Virus record (IMG/VR): IMGVR_UViG_2974511964_000001
Span: 64,001 to 128,000 of that record
Origin: a virus
Lineage: Duplodnaviria; Caudoviricetes
Direction: 5' to 3' (one strand)
DNA length: 64,000 bases
Shown: positions 58,224 through 64,000 of the stretch, in pieces
Layout: every line of letters begins with the position of its first letter
Numbering within the stretch: position 1 is the stretch's first letter
Position numbers and translations under genes: made by a program
The notes under the pieces: generated by a model
Database searches by the model: none
The model's input: the letters and a program-made list of their open reading frames with translations, nothing else
Told to the model about the DNA's origin: nothing

Positions 58224-58263
58224 CTATATTAAAAAGGATACCATTTCTGGTATCCTATGTCAA
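58224..58263 (-). promoter_or_regulatory. Hairpin promoter cassette
   Basis: TTGACA-17-TATCCT; AGGATACCA/TGGTATCCT arms. Confidence 0.8.
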
Positions 58264-58267
58264 CATA

Positions 58268-58582
58268 TTATCTAAATGTTTTTAAAAGTATTTTATCAAT
58301 CATCTGTGGAGAAGGTTTATCATCTAGTATTCTGACAATTACATATGGTAGCTGTCTACGCTTTTCAATGTTTGGAATATTAAGGTTAGCTCTAAAGGGG
58401 TCTAAGCATAAATCATAATAAGTTTCTGTACAATAGAACACCTTCTCTAATTCATCTTTATCATCACTATAGTTAGTTGGTAAATCATTTACATAGGTAT
58501 CAAATGGTTCAATCTTGCCAAAATAAGCTCTTAATGCTGGCAATGCCACATCGCCAGTAGTTAATACTAGAATAGGTTTCAT
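58268..58582 (-). CDS. Hypothetical protein
   Basis: SD AAGGAGG before the ATG at 58582. Confidence 0.7.
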   Translation of the reverse strand: MKPILVLTTGDVALPALRAYFGKIEPFDTYVNDLPTNYSDDKDELEKVFYCTETYYDLCLDPFRANLNIPNIEKRRQLPYVIVRILDDKPSPQMIDKILLKTFR

Positions 58583-58595
58583 CACTTGGCCTCCT

Positions 58596-60392
58596 TTACT
58601 TAACTTCAAATTTTTGGTCCTTATAATATTTAACACGTTGTTTAGCCTGATTAAATAAATATTCAGCGTTCCTATCAATGATATCAAATATATATACTTC
58701 ATGTTTATCTGCTGATATACGGAGTAAACGACCAATTCTTTGAAGAGTCTGAACAAATGATTTTCCGGCACTAGCATAAATCATATAACGAATATTTGGA
58801 ATGTCGATACCTTCGTCCATTACTTTAGTACCAATAAGAACTTTTAATTCTCCAGAGCGAACCCGGTTTAATATGTCGGTGCGCTCCTCTGTAGTATTTT
58901 TCCCTTGAATGAAAGCATACTCGGTATCAGTTTTTCCTAAATATTCAGCGATGTTCTCTCCGTGTTCAATAGAGTTAACTACAATAAGTACAGCTCCGTT
59001 ATCAAGGCTAGACAACTTACTTCCTAGTTCAGCTATCAGCTTATTCCTGTCTTCATTATTAGTTATACCTATTTGGTAAGTCAGCTGGTATTTAACTAGA
59101 CTCTCTTGGTTGCTTGGGGTCCCTTTTGGAATGCTGCGATTGACTTGTTTTTCTAAATCGACTGGTTTATTAAAGTCAACTAGCTTGATATGAGGTCTTG
59201 CAGATACCCCTTGCTCAATCATTTGGTGATTATCAATATCATATATAATATCCCCAAGAACGCTTTTAATCTTAGCCATCTCTACCTTTTTACCTTTATC
59301 TAAGGTACCGGTCAACCCAATTCTCAAACGAGCATTAGGTAAGAATTTAAAGGCTTCCTGATATGAGTCAGATGAAGCGTGTTGGCATTCGTCAACCATA
59401 ACAATCTTTACATGTGATAAGTATTCTACTGCCACATTATATTTGTCAAATCCTTTGGCGTTCTTCTTAGAAATTAGTTTATTGTATCGCTTTTTAAAGT
59501 TTTCAAAATATTTGATGACAGCTTTATCAGAATCCAAAGAAACTGCAAGTGAAGCTAGCTCTTGTTTGTCATCTATTTCATACTTATACTTAGGTTTAAA
59601 ATTCTTAGCATACCCTTTTAACGACTGCCTAGGATTAACCGAATCAAGAATATCTTTAGCATATACAGTTGCCATTCGCTTTAGTAGCTTATCTTTGGCA
59701 GAAGTTAGCTTAACAGCATCCTCAGGGTTCTTAAGGGCTTTGTTAAGCGTCTGAATAGTGGCACAGGTAACTTGCTTAAGGTCACGATTACCGTCTCCCC
59801 ATAGACCCACAGGCACTCCTAAATACCCTTCCATATTCTTGTGAACTTGATTCATAATAGAAGTATTAGGTGCAATAAACAAAACATTGTCAGTGCTATC
59901 TAATTCTGGTAAAACTTTAGCAATAGATGTAATAGAAATTAATGTCTTACCGGCGTTAGTTGCAGCTAGTACAATCCCTGTTTGATTAGCATAAACAGAC
60001 TTAATTGCTTCTAGCTGATAATCACGAATAGTTACTTTTCTAACCCCTTCACCCTGCATCACAACTTCTTCTGGTAGAGATTTGCTAGGTGCAATCTTTA
60101 TTCCTCTAACATCCTCTAATGAATACTTGATATAGGCATTCTTATTCTGTTCCCGTTGTAATAGCAATAGTAGGTCGCTTACTAGTCCCGTAGGTACTAA
60201 GTTATTATCTAAATCACATAAGTTAACCCGACCATCCCATGTATGATACTTTCTAAAAGAAGCCTTCCTAAACCGGTTAGGGTCTAATGGGTCTAACTCT
60301 TCATGGATTCTATCTTTTATATATTTTATAAATCTATCAGTTTCAGTATCAAAATAAATTTTGGCATAGCTATTACCTATGGTTATTTTCAA
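58596..60392 (-). CDS. SF2 DExH helicase (UvsW-like; Herelleviridae helicase A)
   Basis: RDYQ, ATNAGKT, VDECQH, GLTGT, EGIDIP, QRIGRLLR. Confidence 0.93.
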   Translation of the reverse strand: MKITIGNSYAKIYFDTETDRFIKYIKDRIHEELDPLDPNRFRKASFRKYHTWDGRVNLCDLDNNLVPTGLVSDLLLLLQREQNKNAYIKYSLEDVRGIKIAPSKSLPEEVVMQGEGVRKVTIRDYQLEAIKSVYANQTGIVLAATNAGKTLISITSIAKVLPELDSTDNVLFIAPNTSIMNQVHKNMEGYLGVPVGLWGDGNRDLKQVTCATIQTLNKALKNPEDAVKLTSAKDKLLKRMATVYAKDILDSVNPRQSLKGYAKNFKPKYKYEIDDKQELASLAVSLDSDKAVIKYFENFKKRYNKLISKKNAKGFDKYNVAVEYLSHVKIVMVDECQHASSDSYQEAFKFLPNARLRIGLTGTLDKGKKVEMAKIKSVLGDIIYDIDNHQMIEQGVSARPHIKLVDFNKPVDLEKQVNRSIPKGTPSNQESLVKYQLTYQIGITNNEDRNKLIAELGSKLSSLDNGAVLIVVNSIEHGENIAEYLGKTDTEYAFIQGKNTTEERTDILNRVRSGELKVLIGTKVMDEGIDIPNIRYMIYASAGKSFVQTLQRIGRLLRISADKHEVYIFDIIDRNAEYLFNQAKQRVKYYKDQKFEVK

Positions 60393-60843
60393 CAGATGCT
60401 ACCTCCAATTCTAATCCTAAATCATTAATGATAGTTGTAGCTTGGCTATCTGATAAGTATAAAACTTTATCCATTAACTTCTTCTTAAGATTGATGCGTT
60501 TAGCTACCATTAAATTTAACCCAATATACGTTCGTGCCGAGCTGTACTTGTCTTGCTCAAACTTATAACCCTCAAAAGGCCAATTATTATAAATTTCCTG
60601 TTTGTTAACACTTTGGCTTACTATTAATGGAACTATTATATTAACTATCAAATCCTCAGGGTCCGAGGAAGCTCCTATGAATTTATCTGATAGTCCATCT
60701 CGATTACAATATAGTAATTTATTAGGAGTATCTGTAAAATAATACTCACCTGCATGGTCTTTATATAAATAAAACAACTTGGCTACACCCCACATTTTAA
60801 TCAATACTATATTATAACACAGTATTAGCAGGTTTGCAACCAA
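60373..60843 (-). CDS. Hypothetical protein (true start probably ~60780)
   Basis: ORF upstream of the helicase. Confidence 0.6.
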   Translation of the reverse strand: MVANLLILCYNIVLIKMWGVAKLFYLYKDHAGEYYFTDTPNKLLYCNRDGLSDKFIGASSDPEDLIVNIIVPLIVSQSVNKQEIYNNWPFEGYKFEQDKYSSARTYIGLNLMVAKRINLKKKLMDKVLYLSDSQATTIINDLGLELEVASVENNHR

Positions 60844-60866
60844 ATTGTTTAATTTTAACTAAATTT

Positions 60867-61205
60867 TTATAAAGCTAAGCATACTTTTAAAGTATGTTCC
60901 ATCTTACTTTCTTCCTCTTTGCTAATATGACCAATATATTCAACTAAATCAGCTTTATTAACGGTAACAATAGCTTCAGTTAGCCCTAAACTTTTTCTAG
61001 GTGTTTCCTTAACAATAAAATGTGTTGGCAACGGTACTTTGTGTTGGGTTGTTAGTGGTACTACAATTGTGTTGGGGCTATGCAGATTTCCTAAATTATT
61101 TTGCACAACTACACAAGGCCGTCTCCCAGATTGGATATGGCTCCATGATGGTTGTTCTGGTAAATTAATGTAGTAAATATCCCCACGTTCTAAATCGTTA
61201 TTCAT
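60867..61205 (-). CDS. PemK/MazF-family endoribonuclease
   Basis: RGDIYY.NL...QSGRRPCVVVQN..GN..SP..IVVPLTT. Confidence 0.9.
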   Translation of the reverse strand: MNNDLERGDIYYINLPEQPSWSHIQSGRRPCVVVQNNLGNLHSPNTIVVPLTTQHKVPLPTHFIVKETPRKSLGLTEAIVTVNKADLVEYIGHISKEEESKMEHTLKVCLAL

Positions 61206-61226
61206 TATGATAACTTCCTTTCTTTT

Positions 61227-61266
61227 TCTATAATAAAAGGATACCATTTCTGGTATCCTTTGTCAA
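61227..61266 (-). promoter_or_regulatory. Hairpin promoter cassette
   Basis: Near-identical to the 3777 and 24171 copies. Confidence 0.85.
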
Positions 61267-61269
61267 CAC

Positions 61270-61452
61270 TTAATCGTGAGTTTCTTCATCGTAATGTTCG
61301 TATTCTTCCATGATATCCATAGTTTCATAAGCATCTTCAAGTTCACTATTTAGATAATCGTTTTCTTCCTCTAGTTCCTCCACTCGGTGTTCCAAATAGT
61401 TGATACGGTCATACATCTCCTGATTACTTGAGAATGGTTCCTTATTATTCAT
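61270..61452 (-). CDS. Small acidic coiled-coil protein
   Basis: SD AGGGGG. Confidence 0.65.
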   Translation of the reverse strand: MNNKEPFSSNQEMYDRINYLEHRVEELEEENDYLNSELEDAYETMDIMEEYEHYDEETHD

Positions 61453-61638
61453 TAGTATTGCCCCCTAAGATATAATTAATTGGTTTTGTTGCGGTTTCGC
61501 TGGTAAGCTTGATTTCCTTAGTCTTAGCCAAATTAAGATAGACAAACTCTTTGCTATTCCATATTAAAAATCTCCTTATCGTTTTATACACATAGTATAC
61601 TATTAGATAAGGAGATTGTCAATAATTTTATTTAATTA

Positions 61639-62403
61639 TTATTTAGCGTTGGCTTTAGAGAACCATTTGCTGTCAAAGAACGCAACCAAGTCATTCATAA
61701 TATATAACATATAAGTGAAGAACAGAACCCAAACAGCTTCTCCTTGCATTGCAGTTACAAGCCACAGAACGACTGAGCTAAGCCCCTGTGCAAACCAGAA
61801 GTAGTAAGAAGCACGGAAACGGCGAACGGTTAAGATTGCCCCCGTAAGACCGATAGTAGCGGCAAATGCGTCAATAAACGGACGAGGACTCGTTAAGATA
61901 ACCGTATCAAGACCATATGTCACGATAAAGAAACCAACGAAAGTTAATGCCGTCTGCAAAGCGAACTTGGAGTTCATCTTACGAGGTTCTAAATCTTTAC
62001 CATTATTCCAAGTCTTATTAAATAGCACCGGCAAGTCCAACAGAAAGATATAGAAGCCTTGCATAACAATATCAGAGAAGTTCCCTGTCTTTAATGCCAC
62101 GTAAATCAGCATAGCCGCAGAAACGAAGCCCAGAACACCGTTGATAGGACGTCCGTTCGTGATACTTAAAGTACAAGTAAAACCAATCAACCCGGCAACC
62201 GTTGAAGTTACTCCCAAACCAGTAATTCCATGACCAAGACCAACGTATAACAGGAACAGCCAACCAATTACCAGCAAGACATAGCTGGACTTTGTCCAGC
62301 CGGTCATCTGGTCTTTGTACCAACGCCAATTAAATACCCGACTAACTGATTCCGGGTTATATCCTAAATCCACCACTGTATTACCTTGTGTTTCTTGCTG
62401 CAA
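61639..62403 (-). CDS. pnuC: PnuC-family nucleoside/vitamin transporter (lactobacillus PnuC/PnuN type)
   Basis: Multi-TM protein; GFTCT..I..GRPING, W, PFIDAF, YYFW..Q. Confidence 0.85.
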   Translation of the reverse strand: MQQETQGNTVVDLGYNPESVSRVFNWRWYKDQMTGWTKSSYVLLVIGWLFLLYVGLGHGITGLGVTSTVAGLIGFTCTLSITNGRPINGVLGFVSAAMLIYVALKTGNFSDIVMQGFYIFLLDLPVLFNKTWNNGKDLEPRKMNSKFALQTALTFVGFFIVTYGLDTVILTSPRPFIDAFAATIGLTGAILTVRRFRASYYFWFAQGLSSVVLWLVTAMQGEAVWVLFFTYMLYIMNDLVAFFDSKWFSKANAK

Positions 62404-62484
62404 AATAAAAACTTCCTTCTATATTTATTTAGGTCAATCTATGCTTAGACTGCCTTGTCCGCCTATAATGGCATCTTTCCTATA

Positions 62485-62700
62485 TTAATCTAACCTCTTA
62501 ATCAAATCACTATATGAATAACTACCACGCAATTCTTTGTATGCATCCATGTTAGCCTTAATCCAATTACTAGCATCACCAATAGCTATATCTGATTGGT
62601 GGTCTAATATCTCTAATTGGCTGTTATACGTTTTTAGCCATAGTTCCATATCAATAATCAACTTCAACTGCTTATCTGTCGCTAGTTTCAATAGGTTCAC
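62485..62700 (-). CDS. Hypothetical protein
   Basis: ATDKQL..I motif. Confidence 0.6.
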   Translation of the reverse strand: MNLLKLATDKQLKLIIDMELWLKTYNSQLEILDHQSDIAIGDASNWIKANMDAYKELRGSYSYSDLIKRLD

Positions 62701-62706
62701 CCCAAT

Positions 62707-63216
62707 CTATTCTGAATATTGGTTCTCATCATTAGTTCTAATAATAGACTTGATTACTGGTGAATCCATACAATCTTCTAACACATGTACTGCATTTTGG
62801 TCAACGTAATATAACTCTTTAACTTTGTCAATATCTTTGCTCCAGAACACATTCATCATAGCTAACGATTTTTCTAGTTCTGGATGACCAGTTCCTAATG
62901 CAATTCCATAATCATCAGATAATCCAGTATCAATTAAGTCAACTGCCTGTTCCATCATTGTTTCATACAAATGGTTAAGTACACTTGATGAACTAGCCTT
63001 GCAAAAGCCAATTAGAGCGAACCCACCAGAATTAGTTTTTCCTAATTTTCGTTTTCCTTCGCTACTTTGGCTCATGACATAATCTTTAATCTGATTATAC
63101 TGAGCAGCAGTGACATACTTATTACGAACTACCATATGTGCCGGAAACTCTGGGTTTAACAACAGTGTCATCTCAACATATGGATAGACGTCTTTACTAC
63201 GCTTGATAGGACTCAC
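62707..63216 (-). CDS. Hypothetical protein
   Basis: GTG start after GAGG. Confidence 0.7.
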   Translation of the reverse strand: MSPIKRSKDVYPYVEMTLLLNPEFPAHMVVRNKYVTAAQYNQIKDYVMSQSSEGKRKLGKTNSGGFALIGFCKASSSSVLNHLYETMMEQAVDLIDTGLSDDYGIALGTGHPELEKSLAMMNVFWSKDIDKVKELYYVDQNAVHVLEDCMDSPVIKSIIRTNDENQYSE

Positions 63217-63218
63217 CT

Positions 63219-63890
63219 CTAGTCTTCTTTTACATCAACTGTAGCTGTAGTATCAGTAGTATCTTCCGCCGTAGCATCTACTGACTTATCTTCGAGCTTC
63301 TTAACTCTATCTGACAGAGTTGCTAATACCGCTTCTACATCAACCTTAGGCTTTGGTTCTCCTACTGTGTAATAGATATCTAAATACCCTTGTTGAGGTG
63401 TGTCAGGTTCAATCAAGCGTGGGTCAATGAAGGTAGATGGATTACTAGTATCATCTGATAAGTGTACCGTTACATAATCCGTATTGAATCGCTTAGCTAC
63501 TGATTCAATAACCTTTTCTACTAATGCATCAGACTTAATAGCATCTTCTCCATAGTTATTGTCATACAAGTTACGTTTTAAGTCTGTTACTAGCTGTTTA
63601 TCAAAGATAATACGCAAGTTACCAGTATTGCCATATCGGTGTTCTACTCGATTATCAAAGGCATTTGAGGTTAAGATAGTAGTTACTAAACCCTTTGCAA
63701 TATCATCAAGCGGGTTAATATCTACTTGCTTACCTAATTCCTTTTTAGTAAATAATCCTACTCCTAATTCTGTAATCTTTGAGTATCCTTTATCAGATAT
63801 CGTAGCCGTTAACCCTGAATCCGTAATTGTCAGCCCTTTGAAATGGATTAAATTAGCCCCATCAATAATTCCTTCTTTGTCGTCATACAT
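63219..63890 (-). CDS. Hypothetical protein
   Basis: SD AAAGGA before the ATG at 63890; promoter upstream. Confidence 0.7.
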   Translation of the reverse strand: MYDDKEGIIDGANLIHFKGLTITDSGLTATISDKGYSKITELGVGLFTKKELGKQVDINPLDDIAKGLVTTILTSNAFDNRVEHRYGNTGNLRIIFDKQLVTDLKRNLYDNNYGEDAIKSDALVEKVIESVAKRFNTDYVTVHLSDDTSNPSTFIDPRLIEPDTPQQGYLDIYYTVGEPKPKVDVEAVLATLSDRVKKLEDKSVDATAEDTTDTTATVDVKED

Positions 63891-64000
63891 TATAATATTA
63901 CTTCCTTTCCTTAACATGTTAAGGATAACATGTATAGTATTCATTGTCAACACTTACTTAAAATTAATTTTAGGAGTTGTCATGTGTTACTTTAGCAGCC

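Noticed and set aside
61445-61575. Small gene behind the promoter at 61622
   Set aside because: The ATG after the SD is followed by a stop after two codons, and the longer open frame lacks a standard start; probably a remnant.
62404-62484. Riboswitch upstream of pnuC
   Set aside because: Only about 80 nt, and I could not match a purine, TPP, FMN or NAD+-II consensus by eye; an Infernal/Rfam scan would settle it.
1-64000. tRNA/rRNA genes
   Set aside because: No cloverleaf with T-loop GTTCRA and acceptor stem recognised by eye; tRNAscan was not run.

Overview
This is about 64 kb of a large, AT-rich lytic phage of the Herelleviridae (SPO1/Twort/K-like) type, most likely infecting a lactobacillus. 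The host call rests on gene content: a Lactobacillus-type nucleoside deoxyribosyltransferase, a PnuC/PnuN transporter and YopX/DUF1642-like genes. Layout: 1-9.5 kb is the replication/recombination core (family A DNA polymerase split by a group I intron carrying an HNH-type homing endonuclease, then UvsY-like, SSB, UvsX/RecA and sigma factor genes). 9.5-13.3 kb holds Thr-rich virion-type proteins, a GT-A glycosyltransferase and a GDPD-domain protein. 13.4-37.3 kb is a + strand accessory region (PcfJ-like, NADAR, HNH, NDT, PNKP-ligase, two TnpB genes with omega-RNA, AAA ATPase, TelA). About 37.3-45.5 kb is a promoter-dense block of small early genes that looks like the long terminal repeat/host-takeover module. 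45.6-64 kb is a - strand accessory region (five Tad2/DUF2829-like paralogs, MazG-like, broken YopX, NUMOD4-HNH, Rnl2 ligase, SF2 helicase, orphan PemK/MazF, PnuC). Most notable observations: (i) a candidate protein O-glycosylation system, with an HPAT/SGT1-like transferase next to mucin-like poly-Thr proteins and a TTTTKKV tag shared by three proteins; (ii) two perfect host parS sites in the early region; (iii) a diversified array of Tad2-like sponge domains fused to an unrecognised domain; (iv) a dispersed family of hairpin promoter/terminator cassettes that also drive, and appear to be the insertion target of, the two TnpB elements; (v) a group I intron apparently ending in A rather than G; (vi) a portal-like segment embedded in a frameshifted TelA-linked gene; (vii) a convergent pair of paralogous transcripts with a Shine-Dalgarno but no start codon. 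All family assignments come from motif recognition by eye; no searches were run.
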